Virus record (IMG/VR): IMGVR_UViG_3300031555_004779
Source of the DNA: a virus
Taxonomy: Duplodnaviria; Heunggongvirae; Uroviricota; Caudoviricetes
Direction: 5' to 3' (one strand)
DNA: 64,000 nt
Shown here: one piece after another, positions 49,601 to 61,242 of the stretch
Layout of the letters: every line of letters begins with the position of its first letter
How positions within the stretch are numbered: position 1 is the stretch's first letter
The notes under the pieces: generated by a model
The model's input: the letters and a program-made list of their open reading frames with translations, nothing else
Database searches by the model: none
Told to the model about the DNA's origin: nothing
Translations under genes and position numbers: made by a program

Positions 49601-52600
49601 CTAACTGACAACTTCAAACAGACCGACCCAGTTGATATCACTATTGGCGCTGAAACTTGTGGTCTTGACCTATATAATCTACGTTTCTATGGCCGCGCTT
49701 TTTCTATTGATGAACAACTCAACAACTTCATGTGCGACCGTTCTACTCTAGAAGAGCGTATTGCTGTTCGCGACCGCAATGCTATTACTGATGATGCTGG
49801 TAAGATTACTGTAGACAAGATTAGTCTTTCTATCCCCTACATGATTATGGAATGTCCCGAACTTCCTCAATTTAAGGGTGATAAGAAAAAGAAGATGTCT
49901 GTAAAATATGTTGATGGATTACATCCCGATTATAGTTTCGAGGCAACTGGATGCGAATTTGACGTACAGGGTACTTCTTCTGCTGGTTATCCCGTAAAGA
50001 ACTTTAAAGTAAAATTAAAGAGTGGATTAACCTATACTGCTTCTGGCGAATATGCTGACGGTTGGTTATTTGATAAAGAAAACTCTCTACCCACTGAAGT
50101 ATTCTGCTTAAAAGCTGACTACGCTTCTTCTGAACACGCTAATAACGTAATGTTAGTTGACTATTATGATAAGGTAAGCCCATATCGTATGCCTCCTCAG
50201 CAGATTGATGACCGTGTTCGCAGTGGCGTAAATGGTAAGGCTATTATTGTTTTCTGGCACAATACCGATACTGGTGAAGTAACCTTCTAGGGTTGCTATA
50301 ACATGAATGATGATAAGTCTAATGAACAGACCTTTGGTTTCGTAGATATTGATGTTACTTCTTTAATTCCTGAACCTCGCATTGAATGCTGGGAATGGTG
50401 TAACAACAATAATGACCTAGTTCTTTTCCTTGATGACGCCGCATTTGACCAAACTAAGGTTGATGAAGACGGTAAGCCCTATCCCGCTTGGCAGGATGAC
50501 TTTGAACCTCGTTTCCCAGACTTAGATGACCATATGTATGGCGAACAAGAGGGCGAACTTGATAAACTACGTCGTATGGTTAGTTGGGTAGTTTCCACTA
50601 ACCAAAAAACAGCAACCAATAATATTATTGCTCCAGTAACCTTACCTCATTATTTAACTGGTGTACCAACTGAATATGCAGTTGATTCTGCTGAATATAG
50701 ATTAGCGAAGTTCAAGTCCGAATTTGAAGATTACTTTGAAATGGATGCAATGACTTTCTACTATATCTTCACCGAAGTATTCCTCATGGTTGATAACCGT
50801 GCTAAGAACATGTTCTTAACCACTTTTGATGGCGATCATTGGTTCCCAATTCCTTACGATATGGATACTGCGATTGGTATTAACAATGAAGGTGCTCTTG
50901 CCTTTGAATATCACCTTGAAGATACTGACTATGTAGATGACGAGAAAGTATACAATGGTCAGGATAGCGTACTATGGATTAATTTCCGTATGTGCTTCCC
51001 CTCTGAAATCCGCACTATGTATCAAGAACTTCGTTCTAACAATGAGAATCCTTTCTCTTACTAGGCTATTTACGAAAAGATGAAGAAACACCAAGAAACT
51101 TGGCCTGAAGTTGCTTGGAACTGGGATGCTCAGTTTAAGTATCTTGAGCCTTTCCATCTTGGTTCTAACAACCTTGCCATGCTACAAGGTAACAAAGCTT
51201 CTCAGCGAGATTGGTGGCTATATAATGCCTTTAAGTATCGCGATAGTAAATATCAGGCTGGTGAGTCTTTAACCAATTATATTCACCTTCGTTTATATGA
51301 AGCCGGTGAAATCAATATCGTTCCTTATTCTCACTTATACACTCGTGTTAAGTTTGGTCAAGCCAAAGACGAGACTCAAAGAACATTCCGTGACCAAACC
51401 GCTTGCTTCACTACTGAAGGTATTGCTGACTTAAATGACCTTGAAACACACATTTATTCTGCTGACCGTCTAGTAGACATCGGCGACTTAAGTGCTTTAA
51501 AGATTGGTTATTGTGACGTTTCTCCTGCTATTAAACTTGGCCGACTAATCCTCGGTAGTGAAGCAGATGGATATACCAATCCCAACTTAAAGACCTTAAA
51601 CATTGGTCGTAATGAATTACTACAAGAGATTAATGTAAGTAACTGTACTGGTCTTGGTACTCCCGATAAAACTGGTGCTATTCCTACCGCCGTTATTGAC
51701 GCTAGCAAGTGCCCCAGCCTTGAAGTACTAAAGGCAAAGGGAACTTCTGTACTCGGTGCTAACTTTACTGATGGTGGCCGTCTACGTGAAGTATATCTAC
51801 CTGGTACTGTAACTTCCATTACTCTACGTAATCAGCATAACCTAGAAACCTTTGAACTAGAAAGCTACGCTAATATTTCTACCATCTTAATTGACAATAC
51901 CGCTAATATGCCTATTGAAGAAATGGTAGCAAATGCCGGCAAACTTGACCGTGTTCGTATTACTAATTAGTCTTGGAATGCCACTGATGAAGCTTCTCTA
52001 TTGGCTACTGTCCGTAAGTTAGCTGCTTGTGACGGTTTAAGTGCTGATGGTTCTACTACATTAGAAAATCAGCCTATCGTAACTGGTCGCGCGCATGTAG
52101 CTTCTATTAGTGAAGCAGCTCTTGAAGAAATCAATACTCTATTCCCAGAACTAATTGTTGTTGTAAATGGAGTACCAAAACTCTTTATGCGCTATCTAAA
52201 CTACGACAATACTCTACTCTATCGTTATGTAATTAACGCTGGTGAAGATGCTATTGATCCAATTGCGAAGGGTTATATCAGTGCTCCCGATCGCGCGGAT
52301 ACTGAAACTGCAGAATATACCTTTATTGGTTGGTCTGAACTACCCACTAACGTACAGAAAGCTTATAACATTGTTGCTAAGTATGATGGACGTTTCCGCG
52401 TAGATTTTACTAATCTTGAGGGTGAAGTTATTAATTCTCAATGGATTCTTGATGGCGAAGATGCGGTAGAACCCGTTTCTAGTGGCTTGGTAAATGCTCC
52501 TGTTAAAGAAAGTACAGCACAATATGATTACGAATTTGCTGGTTGGGATCGTAGCTTTATTAAAGTTGAAGAGCCTTTGGTTCTAAAACCTCTATTCAAC

Positions 52601-53533
52601 CCAATTCTTCGTAGTTATAAAGTATTCTTCTATAATGATTCTACATTAATTGAAGAACACACTATCTTCTATGGTAGTACTGCTACTTTCACTGGAGATA
52701 CTACTAAAATTAAGAAAATCATTGGCGGAGAAGAAAGTATTTATTATGAATTCACTGGTTGGTCACCAAGTCCTGATAAACCAATTATTAGTAATACTTG
52801 GTATTATGCTGAATTCTCATTTAATGGCTATATTACTGATAGTTGGGAAACTATCGCTGCTGCCGCTAAAGCCGGGGATGTAAGTGCTTATGGCTTAGGC
52901 GGACGTAAGATTTTAGAATATAGTGTTAACGGAGTAAGTTATTCCAAAATTGAACTTGAAATTGTAGGAAAAAATCATGATATTCTTGCAAAAGAAGATA
53001 GTTCCTATAACGGTGGTTCAGGAAAAGCCGCTTTAACATTTATTGCAAAATTAATAGGTGATGAAGCCCGTATTATGAACCAAACTCAGCATTCTATCGG
53101 TGCTAATAGCTCTCTAAATACTGGCGGCTGGGCAGTTTCTGATATGCGTCTATGGATGCAGAATACTCTTTGGGTAGCAATGCCCGCTGAATTACAAGCC
53201 GCTATCAAACCAGTCATTAAAAAAAGCGATAATGGTTTCTTCGTTTCTACTATTCGTGAAACTGAAGACACATTATGGTTGCCTTCTGATCGTGAACTTA
53301 ACTGCGAAAATACTGGCTTGGTTCTCGCTGGACAGGGCGAACCGTATCCTGTTTATACTGACGCAGCTAGTCGCAAGAAATAGAATAAGGGCGGTGGCTT
53401 AAAACTATATTGGACTCGTTCTACTGGTCGTGAAGGATAGCATTATTATCGTTACATTGATAGCCAAGGTAACGGTGGTAATCTAGGCGCGGCTTCTCAA
53501 AACCTTGGTGTAGCCTTTGGCTTCTGTATCTAA
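46610..53533 (+). CDS. giant tail fibre/tail spike protein (about 2307 codons). The frame is continuous only if at least eight TAG codons are read as sense.
   Basis: Track ORFs 46559-47440, 47450-48841, 49298-50290, 50303-51064, 51080-51970 and 52001-53383 are all in one frame, each joined by a single TAG. The 48842-49297 stretch is open with no ATG. The terminal stop is TAA at 53531. The start was set at ATG 46610 after AAAGGAGAATGCAC. The N-terminus carries the shared anchor motif. Confidence 0.55.
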
Positions 53534-53547
53534 GGAGGAAAACTAAT

Positions 53548-53907
53548 ATGTTCTATAAAGTAATGTTTAACAACATGGTCGTTGACCTCCTTACCGAGGC
53601 ACGCTGGGTTCGTTATCTTCCTAATTCCAAACGCTTGGTTGCCACTGATAGCCAAGCGGCTAATGGAATTATGGGCAGCGACCATGATACTGTATATCAT
53701 TTGTTTGGCAAGCCTTATACTTTTGATAAAGAAGTAAAAACTGTTGAGGTAATTAAGATTGACGGTGTAGAATATGAAAAACTACGTGGCCAATTTATGT
53801 TACAGCAACAGGAAAATGAAAGCATGAAGAAAGAAATTTGCTCTTTAAAAGAGCAATTAAATTCTCAAGAAGCTTTGTTACAAGCTATTTTAGCTAAACT
53901 ATCTTAA
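53548..53907 (+). CDS. possible tail fibre assembly or chaperone protein (C-terminal coiled coil)
   Basis: RBS AAGGAGGAAAACT. Positioned directly after the fibre gene. Confidence 0.35.
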   Translation: MFYKVMFNNMVVDLLTEARWVRYLPNSKRLVATDSQAANGIMGSDHDTVYHLFGKPYTFDKEVKTVEVIKIDGVEYEKLRGQFMLQQQENESMKKEICSLKEQLNSQEALLQAILAKLS

Positions 53908-54049
53908 TAAATAGGGGAGAATTTTCTCCCCTATTTTTTTTGATTGTTAAGAATAAAATGCTTTAATGAATTGTTTTTTTTAACACATTATAAATGAGAG
54001 TAATCTCTTTTAAAAATTCCTTCTTATTTATAACATGGAGGTTAAACAT

Positions 54050-56869
54050 ATGGCATAGAAAGTTCTTAAAACTCGTATAAAACAAAGAATAGATACTGCC
54101 GAAAACTGGGCTCAAATTGCTGAAGCTCCATTAGAAGGCGAAATTATTATTTATAAATCAACAGACGATACAATCCCTGATAAAATAAAAATTGGCGATG
54201 GCGCGACTACCGCTTCTAATTTACCTTTTATTACCGATGTTGATACTAATAATCTTTCCGCCGGCGTTCGCATTCCAGAGAGCGACACTAATTCTCTCGG
54301 CTCTGTTACTCAGGGTATTTATTGGGAAAATGGTCGTCCTCAATTAATGTCTTACACTTTAGGTAAGAGTGTTCCTTCCAACGCAGTATTTACTGATACA
54401 AACACCAAAGTTACTTCTGCCGCTAATCACTATGCACCACAGACAGATAGTGCTTCTGCTTTAAATGTTGATGCTTCTAGTACAACTGCGGCAACTTGGG
54501 GTTCTACTAGTTTGGTTACTGGTGTTAATCTAACTCGTGATGCTAAAGGACACGTAACTGGCATGACAGTTGATTCAATTAAGATGCCATCCGACCCAAC
54601 TTATACTTTACCTACAGCAACTTATAATACTCTTGGTGGTGTAAAACCTGCTTACACTTCAACTGGTTCTGCTACGCTAACTACTGCCGCTGCAACGAAT
54701 ACTACTACTCCTACCATTCAAAAGAAATCTACTACTTCATCTCGTTATTATGGCGTAGAAGCAGACGTAAATGGTATTTTATTTGTTAACGTTCCTTGGA
54801 CTGGTGATATTACTGGTGTAACTGCTGGCGATGGTTTAACCGGTGGCGGTTCTTCTGGTTCCGTAACGCTAAAAGTTGGCGCTGGCGCTGGTATTACTGT
54901 TAGTGCTGACGCAGTTGGACATACTAACAGTGTAACTGCGGATACCGCTTCCGAGGGTGGCTCTGCTCGTACTTTGGCTCATGGTGGTACTTTTAATATC
55001 CCAAGTGTTACTTATGATACTGAAGGTCATATCACAGCAAAAGGTTCTACCACCTTAACTCTACCAAGTCTTCCCAACGCAGGTACAAGTGCGGGCGTTG
55101 TAAAGTCTGGTGGCGTAGCTACTATTGCTGATGGTGTAATTACTGCTGTTAGCGGCGCTAGCAATGCAGATACCGCAGGCACTGCTAATAAAGTAGCTAA
55201 TTCTCTATCAATTCAAGGCAATGGAACTGGTATTACTTTTGATGGTTCTGCGGCTAAAACTGTAAATATTAAAGGTTCTGGCACCGTTTCTGTAACTGGC
55301 AATACCAGTGGTGTAATTACTATTACTGGCTCAGCCCATCCTACTGCTTTAAAGAACCCAAATGCGTTGACTATAGATGTAAATGGAACTTCTACTTCTT
55401 ACGACGGTTCTTCTACTAAGACTGTAACTATTAATGCCGCGGCTTTAGGTTTATCCAGTGCTATGCAATTTGGCGGCGTTGTAACTTCTTTACCAACATC
55501 AAGTACTGCTGGTACTGTTGTACTAATGGGTAATAAGGAATATGTATACGATACCAATGGAAATTGGGTTGAACTTGGTGACGAAGGAAGTCATGCTTTA
55601 AAAACAATTAAAGTTACTGCTAATGCTGGTTTGACTGGTGGTGGCACTCTTGCTTCTGATATGACTATTGGTCATGCTAATAGCATCACCGCGGGCACCG
55701 CGCAAGGTAGCAGTGGTACATTAAGTCATGGCGGAACATTTACTATTCCTAAGATTACTTATGATGCTTATGGTCATATTACTGGCGCGTCTACTACAAC
55801 TTATACATTACCTGCTGATAGCAATACTCACTATACTGCTAACTTATATTTAGGTGCTTCTGGCGCTTCTTCTAATGCTACTACCGCAGTAAGCAATCCT
55901 TACTTAGTATTACGTGAAAATAGCACTACAAGAAACAATATTCAATTAAAAGGTAGTTCTGGCATTTCTGTAAGTGGTGCAAGCGGAGTGGCAACTATTG
56001 GACATACCAACTCTGTTACCGCTGCTACCGCATAGGGTTCCGCAACTGGCACTTTAAGTTTTGGTGGAACATTTACAATTCCCACTATTACTTATGACGC
56101 TCAAGGACATATTACTGGTAAGGGCACTACAACTCTTACTATGCCAGCGAACCCCAATACCGATACTCACTGGACAGCCAACTTAATTACTGGCGCTTCT
56201 GCCACAGCGACCGCTAATGCGGCAGCATCTGATGGTAGCGTTTATTTGAACTTAATTGAAAATGGCAGTGTTCGCAATTCTCATCTCATTGATGGCGCGG
56301 GTACTGTTACTGTTACTAGTGATACAAATGGCAAAATTACTATTACTGGTTCTGCGCATCCAACAGTTAATAATGCCAAGATTACCCTTAGTGCTGGTAC
56401 TGGTCTAACTGGCGGCGGAGATTTTACTCTAAATCAATCTGGTGCAGAGACAATTTCCTTTGGACATAGTAATAGTGTTACTGCTGGCACAGCGCAAGGC
56501 GGTAGTGGCCAGTTAAGTCATGGTGGTACTTTTACTGTACCTACTATTACCTATGACGCACAAGGTCACATTACTGCTAAAGGTACTACTACTTATACCT
56601 TACCTACTGACAATAACACAGATACCAAAGTAACTCAGGCAGCGGCAATTGCTACTAATGGTAATTATCCTGTTCTACTTGCTTATAGTACATCTACATC
56701 TTCTGTAACTAATACTGTAAATAAGAGCACAACTTTGTTATATAATCCTTCTACTGGAACATTAAGTGCTACCAAGTTCAGTGGTAATGGTAATTCCTTA
56801 ACAGATATTAATGCAGTCCAATTAACTCTTGCTGATAGCGATGAATTGATTCTTGACTGTAATGATTAA
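54050..56869 (+). CDS. tail fibre protein 4 with four internal repeats of about 50 aa. TAG-recoded.
   Basis: RBS GGAGGT, then ATG at 54050. TAG at 54056 and at 56033. Repeat unit GH(T/A)NS(V/I)TAGTAQGSSGTLSHGGTF(T/N)IP.ITYDA.GHIT. A TAG in one repeat aligns with a CAA (Gln) codon in its sister repeats. Confidence 0.55.
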
Positions 56870-56948
56870 TAAAACTTAAAGGGCTGGCTGGAATGATGCC
56901 AGCTCTATTTTCCAATATCTGGAATGATGATATAAAGGAGATGTTATT

Positions 56949-58478
56949 ATGGCGACAAATACGTTAAAAACACGTATTCAACATAAAAATGGTTCAGCTT
57001 CTGATTGGTCTTAGGCAACAACGTTCGTACCTCTAAAAGGCGAGCTTATTATATATAATGATGCTACTACACCAAAAATTAAGGTTGGTGACGGTGCAAC
57101 ACTAGTAGAAAATCTACCTTTTGTAGGTGCTTCTATTACAATGAATGGAGCAATAGCCTCCAGTCCAAGTTTTTACGCACCTACAACCGCTGGTACAGCG
57201 GGGCAGGTATTAAAATCTAATGGTTCTGGCGCTCCTACTTGGGCGGCAGAATACAGTTATACTTTACCAACCGCCACATCATCAGTTCTTGGCGGTGTAA
57301 AAGTAGGTTCTAATATTACAGTATCCAGCGGTACAATTAGTTTGACTAAAGCGAATGTTACCGCGGCATTAGGTTATACACCACCAACAAGTGATACAAA
57401 TACAACCTATTCTGCTGGCACTGGTATTAGTTTAAGTGGTACTACATTCTCAAATAGTGGTGTTCGTTCTATTTCTACTGGTTCAAGCAATGGTACAATT
57501 AGTGTAAATACTAATGGCACAAGTGCCAATGTTGCGGTAAAGGGATTGGGTAGCGCGGCGTATCTAGCTAGTACGGATTTGATTCATTCTGTATCTTTGG
57601 CTACAGACGGTACTCTTAGAGTAAATAATGGTAGTGGTACTTCTATTCTTTCTTTAGGTAATTATTATTTAAAGCTTTCTGGTGGTACAGTAACTGGGAA
57701 TATCAACATTCAAGGTACAAGTTATCCATCTTTTTGCTTGCAACCAACTACTGCTAACAGTGCTGGAACATATACTGGAGGCTTCTTTGAAGGAAGTTAT
57801 GTAGATAATGTAAGTATGTGGGTATGGACTGATAGAAATAATAGCGCTAAATCTCGTCGTGGTTTAGTTTTATATGGTTATGCTTAGTAGACAAATGATA
57901 ATTATGCTTTAGCCTTACGCAGATGTGATACCTCTGGTAATTGGCAGTCGGATTTAAATATACTTCATAGTGGTAATTTTTCTTCTTACGCTTTATCATT
58001 ATCTGGCGGCACAATTTCTGGTAATTTAACTGTTACAGGCACTATTACTGGCACAAAAGTCTACGGTGCCGTTTGGAATGACTATGCCGAATATCGCTCT
58101 CAAAACGAAACTATCGAACCTGGCTACATCACCTATTGTGATGACGATGGCAAATTGAAGAAAACTGCCAAACGTCTCCAAAAATACGAAGGCGTTGTGT
58201 CCGATACCTTTGGTTTCGCAATTGGTGAAACTGACGATTGCAAAACTCCTCTTGCAGTATCTGGTCGTGCTCTTGTTTACTGCGACCCAGAAGAACACTT
58301 CCACTCTGGTGATTGTGTATGTGCTGGACCAAATGGTTTGGCGTATCGTATGATGAGAGAAGAAATTATTGAATTCCCTGACCGTATTGTTGGTGTTGTT
58401 TCTGAGATTCCAACATATGAAACTTGGGGTACTGGAAATGTAAAAGTTGATGGTCGTATTTGGATAAAAATTAAATAA
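56949..58478 (+). CDS. tail fibre protein 5. TAG at 57010 and a tandem TAG-TAG at 57886-57891.
   Basis: The N-terminal anchor motif is present. The frame stays open through both TAGs into track ORF 58155-58478 and ends in TAA TAA. Confidence 0.5.
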
Positions 58479-58554
58479 TAATACCATTGATTTAATAATA
58501 GAATATTATCCCGCCCAAGTATAAAATTTGGGCGGGAAGTTAAGGAGGATAGTT

Positions 58555-59076
58555 ATGACTTAGAAAAAAATTTTTAGACCAAGAAGGTGTGCAATATCTT
58601 TGGTCTAAAGTGTCTTTGCAAGACTACCCTAATAATGATACTTTAATTGCAGTTTTAAATGCAATTGATGAAACTAAAGCTGATAAGGAAGAAATTCCTT
58701 CAAAAATAAGTCAATTAGAAAATGATTCTAATTTAATGACTCAAGAATAGGCTGATAGCCTAGCCACCAATTACGATGCTGCTGGTTCTGCTGCTCAGGC
58801 GCTAGTAGATGCCAAGGCTTATGCTGATGGTCTTGCTGGTAACTATGATGCTAAGGGTTCCGCCGCGCAGGCCCTAACCGATGCTAAGGCTTATAGTGAT
58901 GGCAATTTAGGTGTTGCTAAGACTTATAGTGATACTAACTTGGCTGCGGCGAAGACTTATAGTGATGGTAACCTAAATACTGCTAAAGCTTATACCGATA
59001 CTGAATTAGCCAAGGTAGTAGCACTATCTACTGAGGAAATTGACGCCGCAATCGCTGCTGCTACTCCTGCTAATTA
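58555..59076 (+). pseudogene. repeat protein (AKAYxDxNL repeats) with a frame break at an A7T5 homopolymer just after the start codon
   Basis: ATG 58555 follows AAGGAGGATAGTT. The long ORF lies in the +1 frame relative to the ATG, after AAAAAAATTTTT at 58564-58575. An in-frame TAG lies at 58747-58749. Confidence 0.3.
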
Positions 59077-59112
59077 ATCAGTTAGTTAATTTGGTTTCGG
59101 TGAGGGATGTTT

Positions 59113-59296
59113 ATGCAAGTTGTAAGACTTTGTTAGAGAAATGACATTGAAGCTAATTGGAAGATTAGTAATCCCGTACTATATATGGGAGAAATCGCAG
59201 TTAGTATTGACGTCAATAATCTCAAAATCGGTGATGGAAAAACCGCGTGGAAAGACTTGCCATATTATATGTAGTCTCTAACCGATGAAGAAATTT
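59113..59296 (+). CDS. stand-alone tail-fibre N-terminal anchor domain (about 60 aa) with two in-frame TAG codons
   Basis: Hand translation gives MQVVRLC*RNDIEANWKISNPVLYMGEIAVSIDVNNLKIGDGKTAWKDLPYYM*SLTDEEILALCK. A hairpin plus T-run terminator follows (59314-59345). Confidence 0.4.
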
Positions 59297-59401
59297 TGGC
59301 GTTATGTAAATAAAAGGGGTGATTATTCACCCCTTTATTTTATTATAAAAATTTGACAAAAAGAAAAAATTATTTTATACTTAAAAGAAAAGAGGTATAA
59401 A

Positions 59402-60487
59402 ATGAGAGTTTCTTGTAATGATTTAAAAAGACAAATAAATAAATATTCTTCTGAGTTAGAAGAAAAATTATCTAATGTATTTTATAGTGGCTCTTATATT
59501 CTTGGTTAGGAAGTCGCAGCTTTTGAAGAAGAATTTTCTTCTTATTTGGATATTAAACATTGTATAGGAGTGGCTAGCGGATTAGATTCTTTAATTCTAG
59601 CTTTTTAGCTTTTAGGAATTGGCGCTGGTGATGAAGTAGTTATGGCGGCGAATGTTTATACAGCTTGTGCTTTAGCTGCCATTAAAAATGGAGCGATTCC
59701 TGTATTAGTTGATTGCAATGAGTATTATAATATAGATGTTTCTCAAATTGAAAAAGTTATAACACCAAAAACAAAGGCTATTTTAGCCGTCCATTTATAT
59801 GGACAAAGTTGCGATATGGATGCTATAATGTCTATAGCAGAGAAATATAATTTATATGTTATTGAGGACTGCGCTCAAGCACATGGTGTGACTTTTAATG
59901 GGAAAAAAGTTGGTACTTTTGGTGATATTGGTTGTTTTAGTTTTTATCCAACTAAAAATCTTGGAGCTTTGGGAGACGGTGGTTGTCTAGTAACGAATAA
60001 TGATGCTATTGCTAAAAGGGGTCGTATTCTTCATAATTATGGCCAAAAAGAAAAAAATATTTTTGATGAAATTGGCATGAATAGTAGACTTGATGAAATT
60101 TAGGCTGGTTTACTAAGAATAAAATTAAAACATTTGGATGAAATGAATAAAGAACGAGAAGAAATTGCTAATTATTATTTACAAGAAATTCAAAATGATA
60201 ATATAAATTTGCCAAAAATACAACCAAAAAGTAGCTGTGTATGGCATCAATTTGTAATTAGTTCTAAAAGACGTGATGAATTAAAAGAATTTTTAAACGA
60301 AAAAAATATAGAAACTCTTATTCATTATCCGTTGCCTTTTTATTTAAACAAAGCTTATAGTTTTTTAAAATATAAATAGGGAGACTTTCCCAATGCAGAG
60401 AAAAAAGTATTGAGTTTACCGATGTTTATTGGTATTAATAAAAGTGAAAAAAAGAAAGTAGTGGAAACATTAAGGGAGTTTAATTAA
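59402..60487 (+). CDS. DegT/DnrJ/EryC1/StrS-family PLP-dependent sugar aminotransferase. TAG-recoded, with four in-frame TAG codons.
   Basis: RBS AAGAGGT. PLP-Lys motif [16 protein letters not shown]. The motif NSRLDEI(TAG)AGLLRIK aligns with the family-conserved NYRMxEIQAAxG, which places Gln at the TAG position. Confidence 0.75.
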
Positions 60488-60640
60488 TTAAATGAATAAG
60501 AAATTTATTTATTCTACATTATTATATTCCGATGATTATATTGAGAACGAAATAAAAAATTTTGTTCTCTTATTTTTTTTACATTTTTATAATTTTGTGT
60601 TATAATAAATCACAAAAGAAAAAAGAAAGTAGGAAAATCT

Positions 60641-60823
60641 ATGTTTAAACTTGGTCCTAAACGTTCTTGTCGTGAATGTGCTTGTCTTGCTCTTCATAAA
60701 GATGGGAGCGGCACTTGTTATCCTAATAGTCCTGACTGTGGAGCAGAATATGAATTAACAGCAGAAGAAATTAACACTCCCGAAGTATGTGATTTTTGGA
60801 GGAAAAAGAGCGATGAATTATGA
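60641..60823 (+). CDS. small Cys-rich protein
   Basis: RBS AAAGTAGGAAAAT. Confidence 0.4.
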   Translation: MFKLGPKRSCRECACLALHKDGSGTCYPNSPDCGAEYELTAEEINTPEVCDFWRKKSDEL

Positions 60824-61058
60824 GAATATTTTGAATTTATTAAAAGGTAACAATTATTATACCAGCGTATATAGTAATACACAATGGTATCCAGAAGATA
60901 TAGCAGCACAAAAATATATTGATGATAGCATTAGAAGTATTTGGTACTCTGATGGAAAGACTGAAATTGAAGTAAAGGAAGAGAAGAAAAATGCCGAAAC
61001 CAAATCCGAAGTATGTTCCTCCAGCCAGCATCCCGACGACGGATGTATCTACTGGTAA
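60813..61058 (+). CDS. hypothetical small protein. Its extent is uncertain and it overlaps the next ORF.
   Basis: RBS GGAGGAAAAAGAG, then ATG at 60813. Confidence 0.3.
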   Translation: MNYENILNLLKGNNYYTSVYSNTQWYPEDIAAQKYIDDSIRSIWYSDGKTEIEVKEEKKNAETKSEVCSSSQHPDDGCIYW

Positions 61059-61242
61059 GCTTTCTGAGAAGTGGGAAACAGCGGTATCTAATGGAGATAC
61101 TTTTACTCATCCGTATAATGGCAAGCCGTATATTAGACTTTCTATTGAATATGATGATATTAATAAGATTCGCAATGCTCTTCGTGTTGCGGAGAAGAAT
61201 CCGAAGGTGGGTGTGAAGATTGACAAAGGAATCACTTGGTAA
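60991..61242 (+). CDS. hypothetical small protein
   Basis: RBS AAGGAAGAGAAG. Confidence 0.35.
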   Translation: MPKPNPKYVPPASIPTTDVSTGKLSEKWETAVSNGDTFTHPYNGKPYIRLSIEYDDINKIRNALRVAEKNPKVGVKIDKGITW

